DNA of 64,000 bases, taken from assembly GCF_058153355.1 (NCBI RefSeq), contig NZ_CM177019.1, one strand, 5' to 3'. Position 1 is the first letter of the stretch, and the number at the start of each line of letters is the position of its first letter. Made by a program: the position numbers and the translations under genes. Shown here in pieces: positions 52,366 to 63,508 of this stretch. A model generated the notes under the pieces. The model was not told where the DNA came from. It did no database searches and was given only the letters and a program-made list of their open reading frames with translations.

Positions 52366-53511
52366 TTAGCGGCCGCCCATAATGGCAATATAATCCTGCG
52401 TCCAGCGACTGTAGGGAACAAACTTGCCCCCTTCTGCTATAGGCGTTTTCCAGAAGGCGATTTTATCGAAATAGTTAAAACCGTTTGTTTCACAACCTTT
52501 TTCGCCTAATAACGGACTGGCTTTACACCCTTCCGGCACTACCGGTAACGAGCCAAACCAGGCCGCCACATCGCCCTGCACTTTTGGCGTTAATGACCAG
52601 TTCATCCATTTGTAGGCGCAAACCGGATGTTTCGCTTCGCTATGTAGCATGGTGGTGTCAGCCCAACCGGTAACGCCCTCCTTCGGGAAAACGGTAGCGA
52701 CAGGCTGGCCTTCGGCTTTCAGGGCGTTGGCCTGATAGGGCCATGCACTGGAAGCAACCACACCCTCGTTTTTGAAATCGCTCATTTGCACGGTAGTGTC
52801 ATGCCAGTAGCGATGGATCAAACTATGTTGATCGCACAGCACTTTCAGCACCGCCTGGTACTGTTCTTCGGTGAGTTGATACGGATCGCTGATGCCCAAC
52901 TGCGGCTGAGTGGCTTTAACGAACAACGCAGCATCCGCAATATAAATAGGGCCATCATAAGCCTGAACGCGGCCTTTATTGCTCTTACCGTCCGGCAGAT
53001 TCTGCGCAACAAAAACCACTTGCCAGCTATCCGGCGGCGTCGGGAAGGTTTTCGTGTTGTACATCAGCAGGTTCGGCCCCCATTGGTAAGGAGTGCCGTA
53101 AACTTTGCCGCCAACGTTAAACCAGTCGCCTTTAACCACGCGCGGATCGAGCGCTTTCCAGTTGGGAATCAATGCGGTATTAATCGGCTGCACGCGTTTA
53201 CCCATAATCAGGCGCAGCGAGGCATCGCCGGACGCCGTAACCAGATCGTAACCCCCTTTGGTCATCAGACTGACCATTTCATCGGACGTCGCGGCGGTTT
53301 TTACATTCACCGCGCAACCTGTCTCTTTTTCGAATTGCGTTACCCAGTCGTATTGTTTATCGGTTTGTCCGCGTTCGATGTATCCCGGCCAGGCGATAAT
53401 ATCCAGTCGCCCTTCCGGTTTATCTAAATTGGTGGGCGGTTCGGCGGCGTGAGCGGTCATTATTATCATGGTGAGCGCACACAGGCTGCTGCGGGCAAAT
53501 GTCTTGCTCAT
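52366..53511 (-). CDS. ydcS: Periplasmic substrate-binding protein of the ydcSTUV ABC transporter
   Basis: 381 aa with signal peptide. Confidence 0.85.
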   Translation of the reverse strand: MSKTFARSSLCALTMIIMTAHAAEPPTNLDKPEGRLDIIAWPGYIERGQTDKQYDWVTQFEKETGCAVNVKTAATSDEMVSLMTKGGYDLVTASGDASLRLIMGKRVQPINTALIPNWKALDPRVVKGDWFNVGGKVYGTPYQWGPNLLMYNTKTFPTPPDSWQVVFVAQNLPDGKSNKGRVQAYDGPIYIADAALFVKATQPQLGISDPYQLTEEQYQAVLKVLCDQHSLIHRYWHDTTVQMSDFKNEGVVASSAWPYQANALKAEGQPVATVFPKEGVTGWADTTMLHSEAKHPVCAYKWMNWSLTPKVQGDVAAWFGSLPVVPEGCKASPLLGEKGCETNGFNYFDKIAFWKTPIAEGGKFVPYSRWTQDYIAIMGGR

Positions 53512-53755
53512 AAGGTCTTACTCCTGTCGTAATTAATTGTTCAGCCGCCGTGCCGTAAAAATATCTCCTTGTTTAACCATAGACGGCGGCTTGCAGGCAC
53601 ACCTTCGCCCCTGAGAAAATTTAATCAGGTTGTGAGCTACCGCGCATTATGCCGTCTGTGAGGTTATCTTCTGGAGTATAGACAAGGGGTTAGGAAATAT
53701 GACTGCTATTCGAAATTCATATTACCCAACCTAAGAGGAATTAAATTAAACGCTA

Positions 53756-55162
53756 TTACAGCCGTTCTTGAATAAGTTTGCCTAATTGTTTAACCGCCTG
53801 TTCTTCGCGCTCGCCCCACTGCCATGCAGTATTAAAACGAAAAAAACGTGACCAGTTTTCACCGGTAGAAAACATTTTACCCGGCGCAATACTGATATGA
53901 TGCGTCAGTGCTGCCAGGCTTAATTCGCCCGCATCTAACGGCGCGGGGAGTTCCAGCCAGAGAAAATAACCGCTGTCATTATGATGAATTTTCACTTCTG
54001 CAGGCAGATAACGCAGCAGCGCCTGCCAGGCACGTTGTTTACGTTCCGCAAGCTGACGACGTAAACGACGAAGATGGGCGTCGTAACGGCGCGTGGAAAG
54101 ATAATCCACCAGCGCAAGCTGCATCGGTGAACTGGTCGAAAGCGTACTCATCAATTGCAATCGTTGAATTTTGCGTGCGTGTTTTCCGGCGGCGACCCAA
54201 CCAATACGAAAACCTGGCACCAGACATTTCGAAAACGAAGAGCAATGCAAAACGCCATCGTGGCGATCCCACGCTTTCGCAGGCAGCGGTTTTTCCCGTC
54301 CAAAATAAAGTTCGCTGTACACGTCATCTTCAATCAGCGTTACGTTGTACTGATTGAGCAACGCTACCAGTTGTTCTTTTTTCTGCGGCGTTAAGGTAAA
54401 ACCGAGTGGATTCTGGCTATTAGTCATCAGCCAGCACGCTTTCACCGGATACTCCTGCAACGCCAGTTCCAGCGCCTGAAGATCGATCCCTTCGTTAACG
54501 TCCGTCGCCACCGATAACGCCTTCAGCCGTAACCGCTCCAGCGCCTGCAACGCGCCGTAGAAACAAGGATTCTCTACTATCACCCAATCGCCTGGTTCCG
54601 TTACCGCTTGTAAACTGAGGTTTAATGCCTCTAACGCCCCGGCGGTAATGACAATTTCATCAGGAGAAATAGTGATGCCCTGTAAGGCATAGCGACGAGC
54701 AATAGCCTGACGCAGTTCTGCGTTTCCTGGCGGTAAGTTTTCAATCACGCTCATCGCCGTGGCGGTTTTGCTTACCTGCGCCAGCGAGCGGTTTAGTTGT
54801 TGGAGGGGGAAAAGTCGCGGGTCGGGAAAGGCCGAGGCAAACGGAACTACCGACGGATCGCGACTGGCCTGCAACATATCAAAAATATAGGTGTTGATAT
54901 CGACTGCTTCATCTCGAGTGACTGGAATGACTGGCGCTTTCGGCATTTTTATTGCCTGTGGCGCAACGTAATAACCCGACTGCGGTCGCGCGATAATATG
55001 TCCCTGACTTTCGAGCAACTGATAGGCATGGCTGACAGTCATAAAGCTCATGCCAGAAAGCGCCACCTGGTCACGCAACGAAGGTAAACGATCGCCGGGT
55101 TGCCAGATACCCGACGCAATCTGCTCGCGTAATTGTTCTGCAAGCTGCTGGTATTTTTTCAT
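53756..55162 (-). CDS. ydcR: MocR/GntR-family regulator with aminotransferase-like domain
   Basis: 468 aa; N-terminal wHTH, C-terminal PLP-fold domain. Confidence 0.85.
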   Translation of the reverse strand: MKKYQQLAEQLREQIASGIWQPGDRLPSLRDQVALSGMSFMTVSHAYQLLESQGHIIARPQSGYYVAPQAIKMPKAPVIPVTRDEAVDINTYIFDMLQASRDPSVVPFASAFPDPRLFPLQQLNRSLAQVSKTATAMSVIENLPPGNAELRQAIARRYALQGITISPDEIVITAGALEALNLSLQAVTEPGDWVIVENPCFYGALQALERLRLKALSVATDVNEGIDLQALELALQEYPVKACWLMTNSQNPLGFTLTPQKKEQLVALLNQYNVTLIEDDVYSELYFGREKPLPAKAWDRHDGVLHCSSFSKCLVPGFRIGWVAAGKHARKIQRLQLMSTLSTSSPMQLALVDYLSTRRYDAHLRRLRRQLAERKQRAWQALLRYLPAEVKIHHNDSGYFLWLELPAPLDAGELSLAALTHHISIAPGKMFSTGENWSRFFRFNTAWQWGEREEQAVKQLGKLIQERL

Positions 55163-55240
55163 TATCGAATCGTTATTATGTGCAGGTGATTCGGCAGTCT
55201 ATATCAGTTGTTAAAAATGACAACTTTTCATTAACTGTTA

Positions 55241-55444
<204 letters not shown>

Positions 55445-55655
55445 TTCAATAAAGTGATCGTGACTATTTAATGGCGAAGTTTACCTCCGTGTGTAATGTG
55501 CTCGAAAATAGCACTTAATCGCCGCAACGGCAGAATGCAATGCAAAATCAGGAAGGAAGATTCCAGAATTTCTTTGCGCTAATTTGCAAAACTGAATAAT
55601 AACCTCAAGAAACGATCGGCATCATAGCGGCAAAAGGTGAGAAAAAGGTGGCGGG

Positions 55656-55886
55656 ATGTTTACGAAGGCGTTATCGGTTGTCTTATTAACGTGTGCGCTG
55701 TTCTCAGGACAACTCATGGCAGGGCACAAAGGACATGAATTTATGTGGGTAAAGAATGTGGATCATCAGCTACGTCATGAAGCGGACAGCGATGAATTGC
55801 GTGCCGTGGCGGAAGAGTCGGCGGAAGGTTTGCGCGAGCATTTTTACTGGCAAAAATCGCGCAAACCAGAAGCGGGACAACGTTGA
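55656..55886 (+). CDS. yncJ: Small secreted protein YncJ
   Basis: 76 aa with signal peptide MFTKALSVVLLTCALFSGQLMA. Confidence 0.8.
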   Translation: MFTKALSVVLLTCALFSGQLMAGHKGHEFMWVKNVDHQLRHEADSDELRAVAEESAEGLREHFYWQKSRKPEAGQR

Positions 55887-55900
55887 GTCATTTATTTATT

Positions 55901-55930
55901 GCCGGATGCGGCGTGACGCCTTACCCGGCC
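55901..55930. repeat. REP element after yncJ
   Basis: gccggatgcggcgtgacgccttacccggcc. Confidence 0.55.
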
Positions 55931-55981
55931 GACAAGATCATGCAGATTCAATAAGTTGTGAGTAACCAGAAAACTGGCGTT

Positions 55982-57943
55982 TTACCCTTTTCGCTTCGGC
56001 AATGTTTTCAGCAGCTCATCCGGACTAACGGATGCCACTACGCTTCCCGGTAACGGCATTTTCAGTATGTGATTTTTGATTTTGCCAATGACGTGCATCT
56101 CACATGGGCGACAATCGAACTTTAGCGTTAATACTTCATCGCCATTAACCAGTTGCATTGGCGTCGCCTTCCAGCTTTTGATGTTACCTTTTGCCTGTTT
56201 CGGACACAGATTGAAGGCAAAGCGCAGACAATGCTTGGTGATCATTACCGGCACTTCCCCCTTCTCTTCATGCGCTTCATACGCCGCATCAATCAGTTGC
56301 ACACCATAGCGATGATAAAATTCACGCGCTTTCTGGTTGTAAACGTTCGCGAGGAAACTCAAATGCGTTTGCGGATAAACCGGCGCAGGGTCAGCAACCG
56401 GTTTACGACTGCCGCGCTGATAACTGACAAGACGCGCAGCATCCAGCATTTCGGCGGCCTCACGGCGGAACTGATTTAACAGACTGTTCGGTACAAACAG
56501 CGCACCAGGCAGGTTAATTTGCACATCGCGGGCGTAATAGATGGTTTGCCCCAGCTTAGCCAGACCATCTTTCAGGTTATTAAGCGCTTTTTCGGCGTTA
56601 TTAGCTTCGTCGAATTGTCCATCCAGCGTATGCGTGACGCTGACGCCCTCTTCACTGGTCAGGGTCAGAATCAGTTGTTCATGCCAGCCGCCCAGTTCAA
56701 TGTCTACCGCTACGCGACGTTCGCTGGATGTTTTGGTCAACGCCTGCTGCCAGTTATGGTCCAGATTACGATTAAGCGGATGATGCGGACGAATTTTATG
56801 CAAATCCGCAGGCATCTCATTTGGCCAGACGCGGTACTGATTTTGCCCGGTTTTTTCGACTGTATTGGCGCGAAAGCCAACCACTTCACGTTTAATCATC
56901 ACATTCAGACCATCGCCATTTGCTAACGGCTCGGTGACGGCAACATCAATATGATCTTTCGCTACTTTCAATACTTCGCCCACCGGCAGGCCAATGAATT
57001 TCGGTGAATCGAACGCGCCAATATCGCCTTTACGCGCGTTAACAAAGTAGTCTGTGCTGCCTCGGTGGAAAGTCTTTTCCGTCGACGGGACAAAGAAATG
57101 TTCAGTACGACCTGATGACGCACGCGCCAGATCGCCACGTTCTTCAATAATGGCATCCAGCATCTGGCGATAATGTGCGGTGATATTCTTCACGTAACTC
57201 ATATCTTTGTAACGCCCTTCAATCTTGAAGGAGCGCACGCCAGCATCAATCAGCGCGCCGAGGTTGGCAGTCTGATCGTTATCTTTCATCGACAGCAGAT
57301 GTTTTTCATAGGAAACCACCCGCCCCTGATCGTCTTTCAATGTGTATGGCAAACGGCACGCCTGCGAGCAATCGCCACGGTTGGCGCTACGCCCTGTTTG
57401 CGCATGAGAAATGTAGCACTGACCAGAATAGGCCACGCACAATGCACCATGAATAAAGAATTCAATGGTCGCGTCCGTGGCCTGGTGAATCGCGCGGATC
57501 TGCTCAAGATTCAGCTCTCGCGCCAGCACAATCTGCGTAAAGCCAACATCAGAGAGGAACTTCGCTTTTTCTACTGTGCGAATATCGCACTGCGTACTGG
57601 CGTGCAGTTCAATCGGCGGAATATCAAGTTCCAGAATCCCCATATCCTGAACAATCAGCGCATCGACGCCGGTCTGGTAGAGGTCGGTAATCAGCCGTTG
57701 CGCAGGTTCCAGCTCATCATCATGCAAAATGGTGTTAAGCGTGACGAAAATTTTTGCACCATAACGATGGGCAAACGGCACCAGTTCGGCAATATCTTTC
57801 AGGCTATTACTGGCATTATGACGGGCACCAAAACCAGGGCCGCCGATATAAACAGCATCGGCACCGTGCAAAATAGCTTCGCGGGCAATGGCGGCATCGC
57901 GTGCCGGGCTTAACAGTTCAAGACGATGAGAAGATACGGTCAC
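55982..57943 (-). CDS. ydcP: U32-family peptidase-like protein (RlhA/YdcP)
   Basis: 653 aa from GTG at 57943; peptidase U32 fold. Confidence 0.8.
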   Translation of the reverse strand: MTVSSHRLELLSPARDAAIAREAILHGADAVYIGGPGFGARHNASNSLKDIAELVPFAHRYGAKIFVTLNTILHDDELEPAQRLITDLYQTGVDALIVQDMGILELDIPPIELHASTQCDIRTVEKAKFLSDVGFTQIVLARELNLEQIRAIHQATDATIEFFIHGALCVAYSGQCYISHAQTGRSANRGDCSQACRLPYTLKDDQGRVVSYEKHLLSMKDNDQTANLGALIDAGVRSFKIEGRYKDMSYVKNITAHYRQMLDAIIEERGDLARASSGRTEHFFVPSTEKTFHRGSTDYFVNARKGDIGAFDSPKFIGLPVGEVLKVAKDHIDVAVTEPLANGDGLNVMIKREVVGFRANTVEKTGQNQYRVWPNEMPADLHKIRPHHPLNRNLDHNWQQALTKTSSERRVAVDIELGGWHEQLILTLTSEEGVSVTHTLDGQFDEANNAEKALNNLKDGLAKLGQTIYYARDVQINLPGALFVPNSLLNQFRREAAEMLDAARLVSYQRGSRKPVADPAPVYPQTHLSFLANVYNQKAREFYHRYGVQLIDAAYEAHEEKGEVPVMITKHCLRFAFNLCPKQAKGNIKSWKATPMQLVNGDEVLTLKFDCRPCEMHVIGKIKNHILKMPLPGSVVASVSPDELLKTLPKRKG

Positions 57944-58015
57944 TTTCTTATCCAGTAGCTGAAAAATGGCGGCTATTTTAGCCACAAGCGCGACGTTGCG
58001 AAATAGTTTTCCCGC

Positions 58016-58552
58016 TTAACTGCGTGGGTAATGGATGAGGGAATGAAAATGTACGATTTGCTCCCCACCATTACGATAGACATGCGTAACGTCTGCAGCA
58101 AATCGAGCGCCTTCTCCACAATTAAGGCTCTGCCATTCACCATCAACGCACAGATCAAGTTGCCCATCAATGACGACAACATGTTCGATTACTCCCTTCT
58201 CATGGGGCGTCGATTCACTTATTGCACCAGGTGCCATCTGAATCGAGAATTGTTCAAAGCAGAGTTGTGGATCATAAGGAAACAGCGAAGTGATCACCAT
58301 CGCCTGCTGTTGCGGATCATAAACTGAAGGCGTAGCGGACTGCGGCGGAGAAATAAATGTCGAAAATGGCACATTCAACCCGGTGGCAATTTTCCATAAT
58401 GTCGCGACCGTCGGGCTGGATTCATTACGTTCAATCTGCCCTAACATCGCTTTAGAAACACCCGTCGCTTCTGCCAGTCGCGAAAGACTCCAACCGCGCT
58501 GCTGACGTAGTTGTTTAAGTGTGGTGGATAAAAAGCGAGTGAGATTTTCCAT
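58016..58552 (-). CDS. ydcN: XRE-HTH plus cupin-domain transcriptional regulator
   Basis: 178 aa; N-terminal HTH (LSRLAEATGVSKAMLGQIERNES), C-terminal cupin. Confidence 0.8.
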   Translation of the reverse strand: MENLTRFLSTTLKQLRQQRGWSLSRLAEATGVSKAMLGQIERNESSPTVATLWKIATGLNVPFSTFISPPQSATPSVYDPQQQAMVITSLFPYDPQLCFEQFSIQMAPGAISESTPHEKGVIEHVVVIDGQLDLCVDGEWQSLNCGEGARFAADVTHVYRNGGEQIVHFHSLIHYPRS

Positions 58553-58643
58553 GTGACTCCTCCGGCAAAGCGGAAGTTTATCACTTGTGCGTTATAACGG
58601 ACAAATGCTACGGTACCTGTACGCTATAACGCACGAGGTGACC

Positions 58644-59816
58644 ATGCGTCTGTTTTCTATTCCTCCACCCACGCTACTGGCGGGGTTTCTGGCGGTATTA
58701 ATTAGCTACGCCAGTTCAGCGGCAATAATCTGGCAAGCAGCGATGGTCGCCGGAGCCACCACTGCACAAATCTCTGGCTGGATGACGGCGCTGGGATTGG
58801 CAATGGGCGTCAGTACGCTGGCTCTGACATTGTGGTACCGTGTGCCTGTTCTCACCGCATGGTCAACGCCGGGCGCAGCTTTGCTGGTTACCGGATTGCA
58901 GGGACTGACACTTAACCAAGCCATCGGTGTTTTTATTGTCACCAACGCGTTAATAGTCCTCTGTGGTATGACGGGATTATTCGCCCGTCTGATGCGTATT
59001 ATTCCGCACTCGCTGGCAGCGGCGATGCTGGCCGGAATTTTGTTACGCTTTGGTTTACAGGCGTTTGCAAGTCTGGATGGTCAGTTTACGTTATGTGGCA
59101 GTATGTTGCTGGCGTGGCTGGCGACGAAAGCTATTGCGCCACGGTATGCGGTTATTGCGGCGATGATAGTTGGGATCGTCATCGTTATTTTACAAGGTGA
59201 CGTTGTCACAGGGGATATTGCCTTTAAACCCGTTCTCCCCGCTTATATTGCCCCTGAATTTTCGTTTGCTCACAGTCTGAGCGTTGCACTCCCCCTTTTT
59301 CTGGTGACGATGGCATCGCAAAACGCTCCAGGTATCGCAGCAATGAAAGCAGCCGGATATTCGGCTCCTGTTTCGCCGTTGATTGTATTTACTGGATTGC
59401 TGGCGCTGGTATTTTCCCCTTTCGGGGTTTATTCCGTCGGTATTGCAGCAATCACCGCAGCTATTTGTCAAAGCCCGGAAGCGCATCCGGATAAAGATCA
59501 ACGTTGGCTGGCAGCTGCCGTCGCAGGCGTTGTTTATTTGTTTGCAGGTCTGTTTGGTAGCGCCATAACTGGAATGATGGCCGCGCTGCCCGTGAGTTGG
59601 ATCCAGATGCTGGCAGGTCTGGCGCTGTTGAGTACCATTGGCGGCAGTTTGTATCAGGCGCTGCATAATGAGCGTGAGCGCGACGCGGCGGTGGTCGCAT
59701 TTCTGGTAACGGCAAGTGGACTAACGCTTGTCGGGATTGGTTCTGCGTTTTGGGGATTAATTGCCGGTGGCGTTTGTTACATGGTGTTAAATTTAATCGC
59801 TGACAGAAACCGATAA
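58644..59816 (+). CDS. ydcO: BenE-family membrane transporter
   Basis: About 390-aa polytopic membrane protein from ATG 58644 (MRLFSIPPPTLLAGF..). Confidence 0.8.
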   Translation: MRLFSIPPPTLLAGFLAVLISYASSAAIIWQAAMVAGATTAQISGWMTALGLAMGVSTLALTLWYRVPVLTAWSTPGAALLVTGLQGLTLNQAIGVFIVTNALIVLCGMTGLFARLMRIIPHSLAAAMLAGILLRFGLQAFASLDGQFTLCGSMLLAWLATKAIAPRYAVIAAMIVGIVIVILQGDVVTGDIAFKPVLPAYIAPEFSFAHSLSVALPLFLVTMASQNAPGIAAMKAAGYSAPVSPLIVFTGLLALVFSPFGVYSVGIAAITAAICQSPEAHPDKDQRWLAAAVAGVVYLFAGLFGSAITGMMAALPVSWIQMLAGLALLSTIGGSLYQALHNERERDAAVVAFLVTASGLTLVGIGSAFWGLIAGGVCYMVLNLIADRNR

Positions 59817-59822
59817 TAAAAA

Positions 59823-59842
59823 GCGCCATCTTACGATGGCGC
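59823..59842. terminator. Bidirectional hairpin between ydcO (+) and ydcL (-)
   Basis: gcgccatc ttac gatggcgc preceded by A5 and followed by a T-rich tract. Confidence 0.6.
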
Positions 59843-59850
59843 GACTGGAA

Positions 59851-60519
59851 TTACTTTTTGTTAACGTCAAACATGGTGGCATCGGTCGCCATGTCATCAA
59901 TAACTTGCTTAATATTCTCGAAAGCCATTGGCGTACTTTCATTATTCAGGTCTTTACCTTCGCCCTGACGAACGACTTTGATAACCGGTTTATTAGTAGC
60001 TGCATCAATCAGCTCACCTTCAAAATACAGGCGAGTATCCATGGTACGGTGGCCCGTCGCCATTTGCGTCCCCGCGACCACTAATGCGACAGGAACCACT
60101 TCATAGAATTGCAGCCCTTCTTTGCTGGTATCTACACCGGTAATGGCCCCACGGAAAATCAGACTACGCGGCCCAGCGGTGGTAACCAGTGGTTTACGCT
60201 GCGCAATCGCTTCTTTCATTTCAGTGTTGGTATAGCTCAAAATTTTATCCAGAACTTTCTGCCCTACCTGAGTAGAAGGTTTCGGCACCGGATAATAAGT
60301 GATTGGGTTCCAGACGATGCTGTCATATTTACTTTGATCAAAACTTGGGTCTACCCAACGTAAAACAGGCTTACCCGTTGCAGAATTTGTTTCTTTTAAA
60401 TCAGAGTAATTGTTTAAAAAGCCAGAATATTTATCTGGCTGGGTGATTTTAGAGGCACAACCAGACAGAGCCAACAAGCCGCATAAAGCTGCAACTTTCG
60501 CAAATGATGTGGTACGCAT
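59851..60519 (-). CDS. ydcL: Lipoprotein YdcL
   Basis: 222 aa; lipobox LALSGC. Confidence 0.8.
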   Translation of the reverse strand: MRTTSFAKVAALCGLLALSGCASKITQPDKYSGFLNNYSDLKETNSATGKPVLRWVDPSFDQSKYDSIVWNPITYYPVPKPSTQVGQKVLDKILSYTNTEMKEAIAQRKPLVTTAGPRSLIFRGAITGVDTSKEGLQFYEVVPVALVVAGTQMATGHRTMDTRLYFEGELIDAATNKPVIKVVRQGEGKDLNNESTPMAFENIKQVIDDMATDATMFDVNKK

Positions 60520-60821
60520 GAATAGTTTCCTGAGATGATTATATTACTTTTTAAGTTATAGCAAAAAGCACCGCTTCGTGTTGTGGCAAAAAAAGTGTTG
60601 GTGAAAATAAATTTTTCAGCCCCTTTTCAGACGACATAGTCAATGCCGAAAAAGGGGCTAAGTCAATCATCAGTAGTTAAATTTCAGTAAGTTAAGCTGC
60701 TAAAAAACTTCGACTACTGTGATTAATTTCACATCCATTCGATAAAAAATATGCTTACCGAAAAGAAGAACAGTAGACCATCTCAGCGTGGGGAATTTTC
60801 ACGCGCCTTGTTCTTACCAGG

Positions 60822-61415
60822 TTATTTTTTACGTGCCAGCATCGTGGCGAAACGCAGTTTAATACGATTACCGTTGGCGTCGGTGCGGTGCAGCTCGCCG
60901 ACGTCTTCATTGTATTTCACCATCTCCCAGCCTTCGTAATATCGACGTAATTCTCCCTCTTTGAAGGCAAACGGGAAGCCGACGGTACATGGATAATCAG
61001 CGGTATCCATCGCCGCCACAATCAGGTTGTAACCGCCAGGTTTAGTGCAACGTTGCATATTGGCAATCAGCCCAGGGATGGTTTTAGCCTCAAGGAACAT
61101 CAGCACCACAGTCGAAAGAATAAAATCGTATTGCCCATCAAACGTGAGGTTATTCAGATCAACGACCCGGGTATGTAAATTATCCAGATTTTCAATGGAT
61201 TTAATGCGCTCGACGTTGGCGATACTCATGGCATTTTTATCCCATGCGTCAACTTCATAACCATTGGCTGCCAGGTAAAGACTGTTACGACCATTGCCAC
61301 AGCCCAGATCCAGCGTTTTACCGGGTTTAACCACTTTCACCGCTTCCAGTACTTCAGAGTGTGTGCGGGTTAATTCATATTTTTCAGTAAAATAGTTTTC
61401 GTCACGGATGATCAT
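60822..61415 (-). CDS. tehB: Tellurite-resistance SAM-dependent methyltransferase
   Basis: 197 aa; SAM-binding motif [11 protein letters not shown]. Confidence 0.9.
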   Translation of the reverse strand: MIIRDENYFTEKYELTRTHSEVLEAVKVVKPGKTLDLGCGNGRNSLYLAANGYEVDAWDKNAMSIANVERIKSIENLDNLHTRVVDLNNLTFDGQYDFILSTVVLMFLEAKTIPGLIANMQRCTKPGGYNLIVAAMDTADYPCTVGFPFAFKEGELRRYYEGWEMVKYNEDVGELHRTDANGNRIKLRFATMLARKK

Positions 61416-62404
61416 TCTTTGTCCTCAGCTTTCATTAAAACAGCGCGCTCTGTTTTGATTAACAATTTCCCCTGCATCAGAAGCGCGAAAGTACGGATAA
61501 GCAGTATTGCTATTATAAAATTGGTAAAGATAAACAGCGGCACCGCCAGGGTATGGAAAAATCCATTATTGCTGCCACTCCCCAAATGCAAACCGGTGGT
61601 TGCCAGTGCAGAAACGCCGAACGAGAAACTCCAGAATGAAGCATTAAATGGTTGGGAGAGATACCATGGCATCAGACGTAGCATAAACAGCAGTTGCAGC
61701 AGTCCATAACCGAAAAGCATTTTTGCCAGCGTGTCCCCCTCGCCGCCGTTGACGCTTAGCCAGGCACTACAGGCCACCAGCGCAGGAGCGAGCTGAATGC
61801 CGAGTGATGTCCGCAATGCCGTGGGTAACTCTCCCGAACTGCGCAGACGCTGAAGGATCACCGGTTCCAGACTTAACCATGAGAAAACGCCTGCGCCTAA
61901 AAACACCAGACCGGCGTCGGTGTAGCCCAGTGCACCACAGGCCATTGCGCTGATAAAGTTGTTGGCAACTGTCGGCAGATACAGTCCAGGCGTGGTGGCT
62001 TCTTCAGGGTGTGATCCGCGCCATAATCCCGCAGTTTGCCAGGCGGCATAAGCCAACTGAACCACGACGCCAAAACTGAACAGGCACACAGCCAGTGGGC
62101 GAAACCACGGAACAAAACCAATCGCTACCAGCATCGTCGTTGCAGGAAACAAACTCACAAAACTGCTCATCACTGGATGGCGCACTTCCGCCAGCACGCT
62201 ATGCGGAAAACGTATGAGTCGGGTAATAAATGCGCTAGCCAATAATCCCCAGATGATCATCGCCAGAATCACTAGCCCATCCCCTAACCAGTGGCTGACC
62301 TGCCAAACCTGGCTGGCATAGCGCCAGGCAAATCCCATCCCTATCGTCCCCAACACAATACCAAAGTAGCCTGCCGGCAAATTGAGCACTTTATCGCTCT
62401 GCAT
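61412..62404 (-). CDS. tehA: Tellurite-resistance membrane protein TehA (C4-dicarboxylate/TDT family)
   Basis: 330 aa from [19 protein letters not shown]..; 4-nt overlap with tehB. Confidence 0.9.
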   Translation of the reverse strand: MQSDKVLNLPAGYFGIVLGTIGMGFAWRYASQVWQVSHWLGDGLVILAMIIWGLLASAFITRLIRFPHSVLAEVRHPVMSSFVSLFPATTMLVAIGFVPWFRPLAVCLFSFGVVVQLAYAAWQTAGLWRGSHPEEATTPGLYLPTVANNFISAMACGALGYTDAGLVFLGAGVFSWLSLEPVILQRLRSSGELPTALRTSLGIQLAPALVACSAWLSVNGGEGDTLAKMLFGYGLLQLLFMLRLMPWYLSQPFNASFWSFSFGVSALATTGLHLGSGSNNGFFHTLAVPLFIFTNFIIAILLIRTFALLMQGKLLIKTERAVLMKAEDKE

Positions 62405-62527
62405 CTTCTTACTCATTTTGTTTAATTTATAAAGTATATTTGAAATACATTTTATGGAATTTTCTCGAGCATAGCCAGAGCCGCAGAATTTGCTACGGTT
62501 ATAGTAAGTCACCTGTGGGAAAACGCT

Positions 62528-63508
62528 ATGCGCAAATATCGTCTAAGTGAAGAACAGCGAGCCTTTAGTTATCAGGATGATGGCACTAAAAAAAGTGTGT
62601 TATTACGGCAAATTATCGCCATGAACGATTTTAACGATGTGATAGCAGGAACCGCTGGCGGCTGGATCGATCGCGAAACGGTGTTAGCGCAGGAAGGAAA
62701 TTGCTGGATTTACGATCAGAATGCTATTGCGTTCGGCGGAACGGTGATTTCCGGTAATACGCGTATCACCGGCACCAGCGTCCTTTGGGGAGAGGTTTAC
62801 GCAACGGATAACGTCTGGATCGATAATAGTGAAGTCAGTCAGGGTGCATATATAAGTGACAGTGTCACCATTCGTGACTCATTAGTTTGCGGTCAATGTA
62901 GAATATTTGGTCACGCCTTAATTGATCAACATTCTATGATCGTCGCCTCGCAAGGCTTAACCTCCGACCATCAACTCCTGCTACAAATTTATGATCGCGC
63001 AAGGGTTAGCGCCTCGCGTATTGTCCACCAGGCACAAATTTATGGCGATGCCGTCGTCCGGTATGCTTTTATTGAACATCGCGCCGAAGTTTTTGATTTT
63101 GCCAGTATTGAAGGTAATGAAGAGAACAACGTCTGGCTATGCGATTGCGCTAAAGTCTACGGTCACGCGCAGGTGAAAGCTGGCATAGAAGAAGATGCCA
63201 TTCCGACAATTCATTACAGTTCGCAGGTAGCGGAATATGCCATTGTAGAAGGTAATTGTGTGTTAAAACATCATGTCTTGATTGGCGGAAAGGCAGTGGT
63301 ACGTGGCGGACCGATTCTGCTCGACGAGCACGTTGTAATACAAGGTGAGAGCCGTATTACAGGTGCGGTGATAATTGAAAACCATGTGGAGTTGACCGAC
63401 CACTCCGTCGTTGAAGCCTTTGATGGCGACACGGTTCATGTCCGTGGTCCAAAAGTCATTAACGGCGAAGAGCGCATTACGCGAACGCCGCTGGCAGGGT
63501 TATTGTGA
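62528..63508 (+). CDS. ydcK: Hexapeptide-repeat (left-handed beta-helix) protein YdcK
   Basis: 326-aa ORF with repeated short beta-helix-like segments; synteny with tehA and rimL. Confidence 0.8.
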   Translation: MRKYRLSEEQRAFSYQDDGTKKSVLLRQIIAMNDFNDVIAGTAGGWIDRETVLAQEGNCWIYDQNAIAFGGTVISGNTRITGTSVLWGEVYATDNVWIDNSEVSQGAYISDSVTIRDSLVCGQCRIFGHALIDQHSMIVASQGLTSDHQLLLQIYDRARVSASRIVHQAQIYGDAVVRYAFIEHRAEVFDFASIEGNEENNVWLCDCAKVYGHAQVKAGIEEDAIPTIHYSSQVAEYAIVEGNCVLKHHVLIGGKAVVRGGPILLDEHVVIQGESRITGAVIIENHVELTDHSVVEAFDGDTVHVRGPKVINGEERITRTPLAGLL

